Shown here: positions 28,084-39,112 of the stretch, piece by piece
Layout of the letters: every line of letters starts with the position of its first letter
Numbering within the stretch: the first letter of the stretch is position 1
From: Marispirochaeta sp.
GTDB lineage: Bacteria > Spirochaetota > Spirochaetia > JC444 > Marispirochaetaceae
DNA length: 64,000 nucleotides
Direction of reading: 5' to 3'
NCBI GenBank assembly: GCA_963676835.2
Contig: CAXXFF010000003.1
Location: 256,001-320,000, forward strand
Notes under the pieces: generated by a model
Told to the model about the DNA's origin: nothing
The model's database searches: none
What the model saw: only the letters and a program-made list of their open reading frames with translations
Made by a program: the position numbers and the translations under genes

Positions 28084-29739
28084 TTAGTCCCAGAACACAG
28101 TAGCACCATTATGCGCAGATGTTACATTTTTCTGAAATAAACGTAACCACCCGTACGCCTCTTTTTCTATAGGCTTCCAACCTTTTTTTCTTTCACTTAG
28201 TATTTTGTCTTCTAGTTCTACTTCTAGCCTTCTCCCTTCAATATCGATATTTATAATATCCCCGTCACGTATGAATGCTATATTACCGCCATCATATGCT
28301 TCCGGTGAAATGTGCCCTATAGCCACCCCCCCTGTAGCGCCTGAAAATCGGCCGTCTGATACTAAAGCTATTTTTGTTCCTAATTTCTTTCCAAGAACTG
28401 CAGCCATAAAAGTTTCCATATGAGGCATGCCTGGCGCTCCTTTAGGCCCTTCATAGCGTATAACGACCACATCACCTTCTACAATTTCATCTTTAAGTAT
28501 TGCATTCCATGCTTCATCTTGAGAATTATACACTTTTGCCGGACCTCTAAATTTCCATGCTTCTTTTTTAACCGCAGAAAATTTAACAATCGCGCTATCT
28601 TTTGCAATATTACCTGAGAGAACAGCAAGTCCCCCCTGCTCATTAATCGGATTTTTCACAGATCTAATAACTTCAGAATCTTTATTCTCTGCTTTCTTTA
28701 TCTTATCTATAAGCTTTCCAAACATTCCTTCAGTATCAGTTTTTATTTTTCCAGCTAAAGATAATTCTTTCACAACTGCAGACAGACCACCTGCGTTGGA
28801 AAATTCTTTCATAGTATAGCTAGGATGATTGGGATAGATCGCACTAAGTACCGGTATCTCGCGACTAATTTGATCAAATAACTCAACAGAAACATCTAAT
28901 CCCCCCTGTTTAGCAATTGCGGGTATGTGAAGGATTGAATTGGATGACCCCCCTGTAGCCATCATATAACGCACTACATTATCCATGGTATCTTGATTAA
29001 TTAAGTCCAAAGGCCTTATTTCTTTTTGTACAAGCTCAACAATTTTTCTTGCTGATTCTTTCCCCATCTCGTGCCATTCCGGAGATTCTGCTTTTACACT
29101 TGCATTCCCATCGGGTGAAAAGCCCATTATTTCAGCTGTTGCACACATTGTATTTGCAGTACCCATAAATGGACATGCACCTGGCCCAGGACATGCATTC
29201 TCAACAATTTCTTTATATTCCTCTCTAGATAATGCACCTTCTATATATGCTGCGTATGCTTGTTTCGTATGAGTAAGAGTGATCATATGACCATTATGCG
29301 AACCGGCATCCATATAACCACCAGTAAACATTACTGCAGGAATGTTTACGCGTAATGCTCCCATCAACATACCAGGTACAATTTTGTCGCAACTAGCTAA
29401 CATAATAATACCTTCTAACATGTTAAGTTCAGCTTGTGTTTCAACTTCTGCTGCGACCATATCTCTAGCGGGAAGTGTGTATCTATCACCTGGCGTGTTA
29501 GAACAAATACCATCACATATACCAGTCACTGGTAATTCAAGAGGTAACCCACCGGATTTTTTAATTTCAAGCTTAATTTCATTTATAATGTCTTTAAAAT
29601 GATAATGTCCTGGATTCATTTCACTCCAAGAATTCAGAATTCCTATTACTGGCTTTTTAACATCACTCTTTTTTAGCCCCATCGCAAAGAGTAACGCATT
29701 CCTATGATCTAAAGATTCTTCATTCCATTCGCGTATCAT
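28084..29739 (-). CDS. IlvD/Edd-family dehydratase, probably sugar-acid specific
   Basis: GICDG, SCDKIVPG, GACPFMGTANTM, GGSSN, RYEGPKGAPGMP, SDGRFSG, GHISPEA. Confidence 0.9.
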   Translation of the reverse strand: MIREWNEESLDHRNALLFAMGLKKSDVKKPVIGILNSWSEMNPGHYHFKDIINEIKLEIKKSGGLPLELPVTGICDGICSNTPGDRYTLPARDMVAAEVETQAELNMLEGIIMLASCDKIVPGMLMGALRVNIPAVMFTGGYMDAGSHNGHMITLTHTKQAYAAYIEGALSREEYKEIVENACPGPGACPFMGTANTMCATAEIMGFSPDGNASVKAESPEWHEMGKESARKIVELVQKEIRPLDLINQDTMDNVVRYMMATGGSSNSILHIPAIAKQGGLDVSVELFDQISREIPVLSAIYPNHPSYTMKEFSNAGGLSAVVKELSLAGKIKTDTEGMFGKLIDKIKKAENKDSEVIRSVKNPINEQGGLAVLSGNIAKDSAIVKFSAVKKEAWKFRGPAKVYNSQDEAWNAILKDEIVEGDVVVIRYEGPKGAPGMPHMETFMAAVLGKKLGTKIALVSDGRFSGATGGVAIGHISPEAYDGGNIAFIRDGDIINIDIEGRRLEVELEDKILSERKKGWKPIEKEAYGWLRLFQKNVTSAHNGATVFWD

Positions 29740-29852
29740 TTTTCTTCCTTACACATATAGTAACAGCACATGATTCTAATAACTATGAATACTGTAAAAA
29801 CTATTTACTTACAACATTCACAATTTATCAACAATTGAAAACACAACACAAT

Positions 29853-31046
29853 TTAGCCAAGAGCTATACTTAAGATATTAAGTACATCATTCTTATTAAG
29901 TTTAACCAAATTCCCAACTGTAGACTTTCCAGTACATCGTTCAGCAATTTTATCAAAATCTTCATGATAGTTATTTGGTAAATTCAACTCATTTAGTAAT
30001 AAAGGAAGGCCTAAAAAAATGAAAAACTTTCTTAATATAGCAATACCTTCTTTTGCAATTTCTTCTTTTGTACCGAAATCTTTAGATACATCCCATACAT
30101 TTATTGCGTATTTAACAAAATGATCAAGTCGTTTCTTATATACATAGTCCATCCATGCAAGCGTCATAACCGCAATACCTTTTGCGTGATTAACCCCATA
30201 AAGTGCACTAAGCTCTTGTTCTATTTTATGTGTTGCATAGTCCCCAACACGACCAATACCTACCAGATCATTATGTGCAAAAGTACCTGCCAACATAATT
30301 TGTGCCTGCGAATCATAACTTTTACGATTTTCTTTTAGCATCTTTGCATTTTTAATAATTGTTCTAAGTATAGCAAAAGCCATCATGTCACTTATATCAT
30401 TGGTCTCTTCTGAAAAGAAACGTTCGTGTACATGACTCATCATGTCTGCTATACCACTAAACGTTAAATCATCCGGCAAAGAAAAGGTAAGTTCAGGGTT
30501 TAGAATGGAAAAAACTGGCCTCGAAAGGTTACAATTAAAACCTTTCTTTATAAGGCCATTTTCATTTGTAATGACAGAACTTTGACTTGCTTCACTTCCA
30601 GCCGCAGCTATAGTTAAAACAGTGGCAATTGGTAGAGAACTAACAGGGATATATTTTCCGCTGTAAATATCCCAGACATCACCATCATAATAAAACCCCA
30701 TCGCAATAGCCTTTGCGGTATCAATCGCGCTGCCTCCACCCACAGCAAGGATAAAATCTATGCTGTTCTTTCTACATAAACCTATTCCGGTTCGAACAAG
30801 TCCCAATTCTGGATTTGATTTTATGCCAGAGAGCTCCGTTATTTTGATATTCTGCTTATGGAGCGAATTGATAATCTTTTCATATAAGCCTGTTTTCTTT
30901 ATGCTCCCTCCACCATATACAAGCAAAATGTTTTTTGAGTATTTTTTAACTTCATCACCAACCTTAAGCTCTGCTTTTTTCCCAAATATCAATTCAGTTT
31001 TACATTGAAACTCAAAATTTAACACTTCAACCCCTCGTTTAACCAT
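29853..31046 (-). CDS. Iron-containing alcohol dehydrogenase (BdhA/YqhD-like)
   Basis: YGGGSIK, AVGGGSAIDTAK, ADMMSHVHE, THKIE, NHAKG. Confidence 0.9.
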   Translation of the reverse strand: MVKRGVEVLNFEFQCKTELIFGKKAELKVGDEVKKYSKNILLVYGGGSIKKTGLYEKIINSLHKQNIKITELSGIKSNPELGLVRTGIGLCRKNSIDFILAVGGGSAIDTAKAIAMGFYYDGDVWDIYSGKYIPVSSLPIATVLTIAAAGSEASQSSVITNENGLIKKGFNCNLSRPVFSILNPELTFSLPDDLTFSGIADMMSHVHERFFSEETNDISDMMAFAILRTIIKNAKMLKENRKSYDSQAQIMLAGTFAHNDLVGIGRVGDYATHKIEQELSALYGVNHAKGIAVMTLAWMDYVYKKRLDHFVKYAINVWDVSKDFGTKEEIAKEGIAILRKFFIFLGLPLLLNELNLPNNYHEDFDKIAERCTGKSTVGNLVKLNKNDVLNILSIALG

Positions 31047-31124
31047 TATTTACGGACGACATAATTACTAATTTTAATTCTTTATATTTTTCTCTTTTCC
31101 TTACCAATAGAGTCATTTATCCGA

Positions 31125-32405
31125 CTAAACCCCTATCATATTCGGGAAAAACATTACAACTGAAGGAATATAAGTGGCCGCTAATAAAACAATAATCATT
31201 GCCAAAAAAAATGGAATAAAAGCTTTTGTAGATTCAGCGATGCTAATTCCAGCAATACCACATGAGACAAAAAGACATACTCCAACCGGGGGTGTAAATA
31301 ACCCAATAGCCAAATTCATTATCATTATTACACCGAAATGTACTGGATCAATCCCTAAAGCTGTAACTATTGGCAATAAGATTGGAGTAAAAATAATAAC
31401 AGCAGGGCTGAGGTCTAACCATGTACCCACAAATAGCAGTAATGCATTGATCATTAATAAAATAACTATTTTATTTCCTGTAGCACTTAAAATAAGTTTA
31501 GCGAGCATAGCAGGTACACCTTGAGATGCAAAAAGCCATCCCAAAGAACTTGCGGTACCTATCATTATGGCAACCATGCCAGTTGTTATTGAAACTTCAA
31601 TAAATATTCCGCCGATATTAGATAGCTTTAACTCTTTATAATATAAAGTACCAAGCAGGAAAGAATACAGTGCTGCAATGCCAGCAGCTTCAGTAGGCGT
31701 AAAAAAACCAGTTATGATCCCTCCCAGGATTATAATGATGGTTAGCAACGCTGGAATACTTTTAATAATAATAACTGCAGCGTCTTTTAATGGTATTCTC
31801 TTCTCTACTGGATAATCTCTTTTATTAGCTATAAAGAATGTTACAGCCATTAAAGCCAAACCAACTAATATACCCGGAATCATTCCACCTAAGAATAACT
31901 TTGCGATTGAAGATCCAGAAGCAACTCCATATACTACCATTGGAATGCTTGGCGGAATGAGAACACCGATTGTTGATGATGTCGCCGTGACAGCAACCGT
32001 AAAATCTTTATCGTATCCTTTATCAATCATTGTCGGAATTAATATCCCACCAACGGATGCAGTATCTGATGTAGCCGACCCAGTTATGCCAGCAAAAAAC
32101 ATACTCGATACAATATTTATGTATGCCAACCCACCTCGCAAGAAACCTACTAAGACAGTAGACAAATTTATAAGATCTTTTGTTATACCGCCAAGTGCCA
32201 TGAAGCGTCCTGTTAATATAAATAGAGGTACTGCAATAAGTGTAAAAGAATCCATCCCAACATATATTCTCTGAACAGCGACCATCAAAGGCACTCCAGA
32301 AGAAACAATTATGCCTCCAATAGCTGCTAACCCAGTACAAACAGCAATAGGAACATTTATTAACATCAGACCAATCATAATAGCAAAGGAAACTGCAATT
32401 ACCAT
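31125..32405 (-). CDS. dctM: TRAP transporter large permease
   Basis: AVPLFILTG, GSATSD, LIPPSIP, FTPTEAA, GLFTPPVG. Confidence 0.93.
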   Translation of the reverse strand: MVIAVSFAIMIGLMLINVPIAVCTGLAAIGGIIVSSGVPLMVAVQRIYVGMDSFTLIAVPLFILTGRFMALGGITKDLINLSTVLVGFLRGGLAYINIVSSMFFAGITGSATSDTASVGGILIPTMIDKGYDKDFTVAVTATSSTIGVLIPPSIPMVVYGVASGSSIAKLFLGGMIPGILVGLALMAVTFFIANKRDYPVEKRIPLKDAAVIIIKSIPALLTIIIILGGIITGFFTPTEAAGIAALYSFLLGTLYYKELKLSNIGGIFIEVSITTGMVAIMIGTASSLGWLFASQGVPAMLAKLILSATGNKIVILLMINALLLFVGTWLDLSPAVIIFTPILLPIVTALGIDPVHFGVIMIMNLAIGLFTPPVGVCLFVSCGIAGISIAESTKAFIPFFLAMIIVLLAATYIPSVVMFFPNMIGV

Positions 32406-32408
32406 TAG

Positions 32409-32906
32409 TTATCTCTCTTTCGGTATTGAATTGTTAAACTTGCTATTGGAAAGGGATTCCCACAGCATATATAAAGATACTATTAAGAACAGCATACCAG
32501 TCACAGGAATCACTGCATAAAAATAAGACATCGGAATGCGCATAACTGACGACACTTGCTTATGCATCACCAACATCATACGAATCCCATAAAACGTAAT
32601 AATAAAGCTAAATACACAAATTATTATATTAATAATAATATTAAATATTTTTTGTCTTTTTTCACTCATCTTGTTTACTAAATAATCAATTCCAAGATGC
32701 GCTTTATGTTTCATAGCAAGCCCACTCCCTAAGAAACAAAACCACATAAAAGTGATACGAGAGAATTCTTCAGTCCATGCAAACGGAACCTTCATAAATG
32801 CTCTTGAGAAAATTTGCAGCAATATTGTCAGCACCATGACGATACCTATTATCTTCACAAAACTACCCACAAATTTATCATAAATAAAATCTATTGCCCG
32901 TCTCAT
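32409..32906 (-). CDS. dctQ: TRAP transporter small permease
   Basis: Four TM segments, WTEEFSR, HLGID. Confidence 0.9.
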   Translation of the reverse strand: MRRAIDFIYDKFVGSFVKIIGIVMVLTILLQIFSRAFMKVPFAWTEEFSRITFMWFCFLGSGLAMKHKAHLGIDYLVNKMSEKRQKIFNIIINIIICVFSFIITFYGIRMMLVMHKQVSSVMRIPMSYFYAVIPVTGMLFLIVSLYMLWESLSNSKFNNSIPKER

Positions 32907-32944
32907 TAATCTATTATTCCTCCCGTATCACCTTGGAATTTTAA

Positions 32945-33931
32945 CTAGTTAAGAAACTTAGCTAAAATGTCTTTCCCAATTTTGTCAGAATACTCATCAT
33001 ACAGGGGCATCAAAGCCTTAACAAAAGAATCTTTATCCACATCATCAACTATGCTCATTCCTTCTGCTTTAAGATCTTTTAATGTTTTTTCTAATCCATC
33101 AGAATCCAATTGCTGCGCGTATACACCTGCATTTTTTGCTTCTTCCAATACAATAGTCCTAAGATCCTCCGGCAATCCATCTATAAAACTTTTAGAAAGT
33201 GCTATTACATTTGGCGTGCAAAAGTGTTCAGTAAGAGACAAATAGGAAGTTACTTCATATTCTTTTTGCGCCACAACTATGGCTGGCGAATTTTCTGCGG
33301 CATCTACCACTTTTGTTTGTAGTGCCATGTAACGCTCAGAAGCGGCAACGGGAACAGGAGTGGCTTGTAGAAGTTCCATAGTCCGAATCATAATAGGACT
33401 ATCCATAACACGTATTTTAAGTCCTTTAAAATCTTCAGCAGAATTAATTGGTCCACGAGAACTATATACACTCCGTGGGCTACGAATCATCCAACCGCCT
33501 ATTACAATACTCGCTTTATCTTCAAGTTTTTTTGACAAAGTTTCACCAATGCCACTGTTTATAACATCACGTTCATGATCCATTCCTTTTACAATGTAAG
33601 GAAGATCAAAAACCATGAACGCAGAGTCAATGGAGTTTAGAACAGATGTGTTAATCTCAGCACCCTGGAGACTGCCAATCTGCAAGGCTCCAATATAGTC
33701 TTTATGATCACCTAACTGTCCGCTGTCGAATACTTGAACATCAATTCTTCCATTAGTAGCCGCTTCAACTTGCTTCTCAAAGTAATAAAAAGCCTTAACA
33801 TTATTATCTTCAGGATTACTTGGAGACGCCATCTTCATAACAATTGGTTTTTCGTTATTTTCCCCCTGTCCACCAGCCATTGCGGGTACTACAAAACAAA
33901 GTGCAAGTAATACCATTACTACCTTTCTCAT
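32945..33931 (-). CDS. dctP: TRAP substrate-binding protein
   Basis: GQLG, FDLPY, DFKGLKIRV, YMALQTKVVDAAEN. Confidence 0.92.
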   Translation of the reverse strand: MRKVVMVLLALCFVVPAMAGGQGENNEKPIVMKMASPSNPEDNNVKAFYYFEKQVEAATNGRIDVQVFDSGQLGDHKDYIGALQIGSLQGAEINTSVLNSIDSAFMVFDLPYIVKGMDHERDVINSGIGETLSKKLEDKASIVIGGWMIRSPRSVYSSRGPINSAEDFKGLKIRVMDSPIMIRTMELLQATPVPVAASERYMALQTKVVDAAENSPAIVVAQKEYEVTSYLSLTEHFCTPNVIALSKSFIDGLPEDLRTIVLEEAKNAGVYAQQLDSDGLEKTLKDLKAEGMSIVDDVDKDSFVKALMPLYDEYSDKIGKDILAKFLN

Positions 33932-33950
33932 TATAAACCTCCTGTATCGC

Positions 33951-34148
33951 TACATGTTGTTTTCTTAACGATACATCTTGTATTGATTTAACATGATCGT
34001 AACACAGGTTTTTTTAGAACACAACTTAAATAAGTCCACTTTTAGCATTATTTATACTGTTTTTTGCTGATTTTAGAATATTTAGGGTAGTTTTTTTACA
34101 ACATGTAGTTTTTTTTAGTTGACATCTTGCGTATACATGTATCATAGT
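33951..34148. promoter_or_regulatory. Divergent promoter region with repeated TACAT(G/C)TTGT boxes
   Basis: TACATGTTGT 33951, TACATCTTGT 33972, inverted ACAACATGTA 34098, GACATCTTGC 34121 overlapping TTGACA 34119. Confidence 0.55.
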
Positions 34149-34203
34149 AACGATGATGCAAGTTAACATTGCTAAATGAAAGATTATATGGAACAATACA
34201 TTT

Positions 34204-35310
34204 ATGAGTGATATGCAGTCGAAGAAATTTCGTTATATACGAATCTATGAGAGTCTTGTTTCTAAGATATCTTCTGGTGACTATCCTGTAGGAAAACTAA
34301 TCCCTTCAGAAAAGGAACTTTGTAGAATTTATAAGGTAGAACGCACTACCGTACGTAAAGCATTAGATCTTTTAGTAAAAGACGGAATGTTGAAAAAGCT
34401 TCAAGGCGTTGGTGCTGAGGTTATTAGTACTGAAAGTCTTAGCCACCCAGAAAATAGCTTCCAAAATAATGATATAATTTTATTTTTCCTTGCTACAACA
34501 CCTGAGAAAACTGATCGGCTCACACAACCGTTTTACTCTTCAATGTTTTTTCATATAGAAAATGACTTTAAGAAGAGAGGATATAAAACGATATATTCAA
34601 CTATCAGTGAAAATGACAATATAAAAGATATTTTAGATCAGTATGACTTCGCTGGTATCATTTTTGCTAGCTATGGTGTAGCGAAACAACATATAGAGTA
34701 TGTTGAAATTAATAAAATTCCTTACGTTACCATTAACAAGGATTATGATAATTCTGTATTTATTGCTTCAGATAACTACGAAGGTGGATACTTAATGGGC
34801 AAGCATTTACTCAGTTTGGGGCATACAAAAATCGGTTTACTAAAAGGAACTGATACTGACAACTCTTGTAATAAGAGATTAGCAGGTTTAACAGTGGCTC
34901 TAAATGAAGAAGGCATTTCTATTAACGAAAGCTATGTTAGATCCGCCAATTGGGTAGCAGAACAGGGATATATTCAAATGAAAGATCTAATAAACACAAA
35001 TTTAGACGACTTACCTACCGCAATATTTGCATTCAATGATGCCACTGCATTAGGTGCAATTCGCGCTATCCATGAAATGGGATACAAAATACCAGAAGAT
35101 ATCAGTATTGCAGGTTTTGATAATATTGATCAATCAGAATTCTCTTCCCCACCAATGACCACTATAGACTGTAATGTTGAGAACATCAGTAAGACTGCTG
35201 TTACAATATTACATGATAAAATTCATGGAATGGGTCTAAGTAATATCAAAATATTAATTCCTGTAAATATGGTGATCAGAGAATCAACGGGTCCTGTTAA
35301 ACGTGCATGA
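34204..35310 (+). CDS. GntR-HTH/LacI-type sugar-binding regulator (AraR-like architecture)
   Basis: IPSEKEL...TVRKALDLL...GVG, then SDNYEGG, FAFNDATALG, PEDISIAGFDN. Confidence 0.9.
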   Translation: MSDMQSKKFRYIRIYESLVSKISSGDYPVGKLIPSEKELCRIYKVERTTVRKALDLLVKDGMLKKLQGVGAEVISTESLSHPENSFQNNDIILFFLATTPEKTDRLTQPFYSSMFFHIENDFKKRGYKTIYSTISENDNIKDILDQYDFAGIIFASYGVAKQHIEYVEINKIPYVTINKDYDNSVFIASDNYEGGYLMGKHLLSLGHTKIGLLKGTDTDNSCNKRLAGLTVALNEEGISINESYVRSANWVAEQGYIQMKDLINTNLDDLPTAIFAFNDATALGAIRAIHEMGYKIPEDISIAGFDNIDQSEFSSPPMTTIDCNVENISKTAVTILHDKIHGMGLSNIKILIPVNMVIRESTGPVKRA

Positions 35311-35334
35311 AATACATCAAAGGAGATCACTAAA

Positions 35335-35775
35335 ATGCTTAAAAACATACCAGAAACATTATCCCCAGATTTATTAAAGATACTCATGGAAATGGGCCAT
35401 TTTGATGAGATCGTTATTGGAGATGGAAATTTCCCTGCTGCATCAAACGCCAAACATCTGGTCAGACTCGATGGTATAGGAAGTACGAGGATACTAAATG
35501 ATCTCCTACAGTTCTTTCCACTTGATGATATAAATCCACAATGTGCAACTTTAATGGAGGTTTCTCGTAAAGGATACGACACCCCTCCAATATGGTCAGA
35601 ATATAAAACAATAATTGAAAAATGGGAAAAGAAAACTGATTGTATACGGTTTTTACCACGATGGGAGTTTTATGAAAAAGCCAAAGCTGCCTATGCAGTT
35701 ATTGCTACCAGTGAATCTTCACTCTTTGCAAATATTATTCTTACAAAAGGTATCATTCGTAACGATTTAAGTTAA
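35335..35775 (+). CDS. RbsD/FucU family mutarotase, FucU-like
   Basis: MLKNIP, MGHFDEIVIGDGNFP, RWEFYEKAKAAYAVIAT, ANIILTKG. Confidence 0.88.
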   Translation: MLKNIPETLSPDLLKILMEMGHFDEIVIGDGNFPAASNAKHLVRLDGIGSTRILNDLLQFFPLDDINPQCATLMEVSRKGYDTPPIWSEYKTIIEKWEKKTDCIRFLPRWEFYEKAKAAYAVIATSESSLFANIILTKGIIRNDLS

Positions 35776-35902
35776 TCCACATTGTATTATTCACTTTTCT
35801 CTCTGAGTAATTTGATTTCTCTCAGTGTGAGCTAATAAAAAGTTTACCTACAGTATTTCACGAATATCGTATGTGAATTATATATTTTCTAAGGAGTTGA
35901 TT

Positions 35903-36667
35903 ATGGGTCTAATGAAAGGAAAAACTGTTTTAATAACTGCTGGTGCTCAGGGAATTGGCCTTGCAATAAGTGAATGTTTTATTAAAGCCGGTGCAAATGT
36001 TGCTGTTACCTATTTAACTAGTGATGCAGGAATTAAAACTTTAAAGACAATTGCATCTCAACAAGGTTCAAAATTTATTGCAATTCAAACCGATTTAACA
36101 AAGAGAGATAATTGCATACGCGTAGTAGATGAAACATGTGAAAAACTTGGTACGATACATTGCCTTATCAATAATGCCGGTTCGCTAATAGAACGAAGGA
36201 GTATTGAAGAACTTGACTCTGACTTTCTTAACCGAACAATTGATCTGAACTTGGCAAGTACAATATGGGTAACCCAAAAAGCCGTACCTATACTATCTAC
36301 CCATAAAGATGGCAGTTCAATTGTGAATCTGGCGTCATTAGCAGGGAGGACAGGAGGACACCGTGGTTCTATCGCCTATTCGACCACAAAAGGTTCAATC
36401 ATCACCTGGACTCGTCATTCATCAAAAGAATTAGGTGATCGAGGAATAAGGGTCAACTGTGTAGCTCCTGGATTAATTCTAGGCACATCGTTTCATAATA
36501 CTTTTACAACTGACGAATCAGCAAAAAAAACGATAGAGACGATTCCCCTTGGTCGCGCGGGATCACCCGATGATGTTGCTAGAGCAGTTTTTTATTTAGC
36601 GAGCGAATATGATGGATTTATATCAGGTATTACATTAGACATTAATGGTGGTTCCTACGTAGCTTAG
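35903..36667 (+). CDS. Short-chain dehydrogenase/reductase
   Basis: TAGAQGIG, NNAG, YSTTK, IRVNCVAPG; ATG 35903 behind AAGGAG. Confidence 0.92.
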   Translation: MGLMKGKTVLITAGAQGIGLAISECFIKAGANVAVTYLTSDAGIKTLKTIASQQGSKFIAIQTDLTKRDNCIRVVDETCEKLGTIHCLINNAGSLIERRSIEELDSDFLNRTIDLNLASTIWVTQKAVPILSTHKDGSSIVNLASLAGRTGGHRGSIAYSTTKGSIITWTRHSSKELGDRGIRVNCVAPGLILGTSFHNTFTTDESAKKTIETIPLGRAGSPDDVARAVFYLASEYDGFISGITLDINGGSYVA

Positions 36668-36673
36668 ATATTT

Positions 36674-36717
36674 AAAAATAGCCAATATCCTTTTTACAGT
36701 AAGGATTTGGCTATTTT
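36674..36717 (+). terminator. Hairpin, probable terminator after the SDR gene
   Basis: AAAATAGCCAA...TTGGCTATTTT inverted repeat. Confidence 0.6.
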
Positions 36718-36857
36718 AAATCACTTATTTAAAAATAGCATGATTGTATTTTTTTCCATCATAGAATATCTACAAATCAAAAGTAACCGTCAATTAAACC
36801 CCACCTTATGCCGACATCAATGAATGCCCTACAATCCTCCCTTAATGGAGGAATCGC

Positions 36858-37186
36858 ATGGTCAAATATAATCGGGAACAGCAGTGTGAACATCTTAGAA
36901 ATTGGGAAAAAGTGGGTTAAGCGGGCAGGAGTATTGCCGGCAGCACGAAATACCACCCACAACATTTTACAGCTGGAAAAAAGCCGAAAGGAAACGTGCC
37001 GTACAAACAGGATTAGCTTCTGAAACAGCAGCAGCCGGGTTCATACCAGTAAAAAGCTCTTTTCATCATTTATCCAAAAAAGAAACCATTACCATAAAGT
37101 TGCACGATATTGTTATTACTCTGCCGGTAACAGCAAACCATGACCAGCTTAAAGCAGTATTAACAGCCTTGAGGGTTTATGAATGA
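36858..37186 (+). pseudogene. tnpA: IS66 tnpA, frameshifted
   Basis: TGGGAAAAAGTGGGTTAA versus TGGGAAAAAAGCGGGTTA in the other copies: one A lost, early stop. Confidence 0.8.
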
Positions 37187-37530
37187 CCCCAGATTTATCA
37201 GCGGTACAGATATTTATCCGGCCAGGCATCACTGATATGCGTAAAGCAATCAACGGCTTAGTTGTCATGGTGCAGGACTATATGAATGAAAATCCGTTAA
37301 GCGGCAATCTGTTTCTGTTCTGCAACCGCGAACGACGAATTATGAAAGCCCTCTACTGGGACAAGAACGGATTCTGTCTCTGGCAGAAGAAACTGGAAAA
37401 GCATAAGTTTCCCTGGCCCGTAACCGAAGAAACTGCACGTATGATTACCCCGGAACAGCTATCGATGCTGTTGAAAGGCATCGATTTTTGGAATGAACAT
37501 ACTAGTTTGGAATATTCGCGGGTTTCGTAA
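37183..37530 (+). CDS. tnpB: IS66 accessory protein
   Basis: Near-identical to copy 1. Confidence 0.95.
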   Translation: MTPDLSAVQIFIRPGITDMRKAINGLVVMVQDYMNENPLSGNLFLFCNRERRIMKALYWDKNGFCLWQKKLEKHKFPWPVTEETARMITPEQLSMLLKGIDFWNEHTSLEYSRVS

Positions 37531-37591
37531 GCATATTATTGGTGTAAAGGAATTTACATAGAATGTACGGCATGCTAGAATTCTTATTAGC

Positions 37592-39112
37592 ATGGATGTT
37601 ACAGAACTTCCCAGGGAAGTACAGGACTATATCCACGAACTTAATAGTTCCTGGGAGCAGCGTTATGGTGCCTTGGAAGAGCAGTACAAATTGCTTCTTC
37701 TTCAGAAATTTGGCCGTAAAAGTGAAAAAGAACAACAGGATGAGTATCAACCGCTGTTGTTCGGACTTGAAGAGAATGGTACTTCGGAGAACGATGCATC
37801 AGAGACTTCCGTACCAGTTCAGTCCCATCCCCGCAGGAAATCCGGCAGAAAACCAATTGATGAAAGCCTTCCCCGGGATGAGATCATCATTGATATTCCC
37901 GAAGAAGAAAAACAGTGTGCCTGCGGCCATGCGCTGGTTCGTATCGGCGAAGAGACCAGCGAGCGCTTACAGGTAATCCCCCCGAAGATGTGGGTGGAAC
38001 GGATTATCCGCCCCAAGTATGCCTGTAAAAACTGTGAAGGCTCCGGGGATGAAGAGAAGCCGGCGGTAAGGGTTGCTGATCCCCCTGCAAGTATTATCCC
38101 TAAAAGCATTGTAACGCCAGGATTGATCTCCTTCATCATAGTGAACAAGTTTGTCGATCATCTGCCCTATTACCGGCAGGAGAAACGGTTTGAAAGAATC
38201 GGCATCCACATAAGCCGTCAGAACATGAGCAACTGGCAGCAGGCGGCGTTTGATAAAATTGAACCGTTAATAGAAACACTGAAAACGCATATCCGGTCAG
38301 GGCCGGTCATCAACATGGATGAAACCCCGGTCCAGGTACACGGAGAACCGGAACGCCCTGACACGGCGAAATCCTATATGTGGCTTGCCCGCGGCGGCCC
38401 TCCGGAAAACCCGGGATTGCTTTACTCATACCGGGAAACCCGCGGGTCCCGGCATATTAAAGAACTTCTCGATGGATTCAGCGGCTTTTTACAGACCGAC
38501 GGCTATGATGCGTATCGTACAGCCCTGGCGGGGAATGAACAGATAGTCCATGTCGGCTGCATGGCCCATGTTCGGCGAAAGTTTCATGAAGCTGCAAAGG
38601 CCTCGAAGAAAGCAGCAAGTGCACAGGAAGCATTGAATGCCATCAGGAAACTGTATGGAATTGAAGAGCGTCTTCGCAGTATGGAATTGCCCGAAGACCA
38701 GTTTGTTGACCAGCGCAAATCTCAGGCGGAACCGGTTTTGCAGAAGTTTAGAACCTGGCTTGAAAAACGCAGTCAGCAGGTTCCTCCTTCGTTATTGCTT
38801 GGGAAAGCAATTCAGTACACCTTGAACGAATGGGAGAAACTGGTACACTACCTCGATTCTCCCTATCTGACACCTGACAACAATAGCGCGGAACAGGCTA
38901 TTCGGCCGTTTGTTCTGGGCCGAAAGAACTGGTTATTTTCCGGTAGTCCAAAGGGGGCTGAAAGTTCCTGTGCCATGTATTCACTGATTGAGACAGCCAA
39001 ACAAAATAATGTGAACCCGAACGACTACCTGAGACGCGTTTTTGAGGAAGCTCCACTCATGAATGAATCTGATAACTGGGAAAAATTGCTGCCATGGAAT
39101 ATTTCCCTCTGA
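37592..39112 (+). CDS. tnpC: IS66 transposase
   Basis: Near-identical to copy 1. Confidence 0.95.
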   Translation: MDVTELPREVQDYIHELNSSWEQRYGALEEQYKLLLLQKFGRKSEKEQQDEYQPLLFGLEENGTSENDASETSVPVQSHPRRKSGRKPIDESLPRDEIIIDIPEEEKQCACGHALVRIGEETSERLQVIPPKMWVERIIRPKYACKNCEGSGDEEKPAVRVADPPASIIPKSIVTPGLISFIIVNKFVDHLPYYRQEKRFERIGIHISRQNMSNWQQAAFDKIEPLIETLKTHIRSGPVINMDETPVQVHGEPERPDTAKSYMWLARGGPPENPGLLYSYRETRGSRHIKELLDGFSGFLQTDGYDAYRTALAGNEQIVHVGCMAHVRRKFHEAAKASKKAASAQEALNAIRKLYGIEERLRSMELPEDQFVDQRKSQAEPVLQKFRTWLEKRSQQVPPSLLLGKAIQYTLNEWEKLVHYLDSPYLTPDNNSAEQAIRPFVLGRKNWLFSGSPKGAESSCAMYSLIETAKQNNVNPNDYLRRVFEEAPLMNESDNWEKLLPWNISL

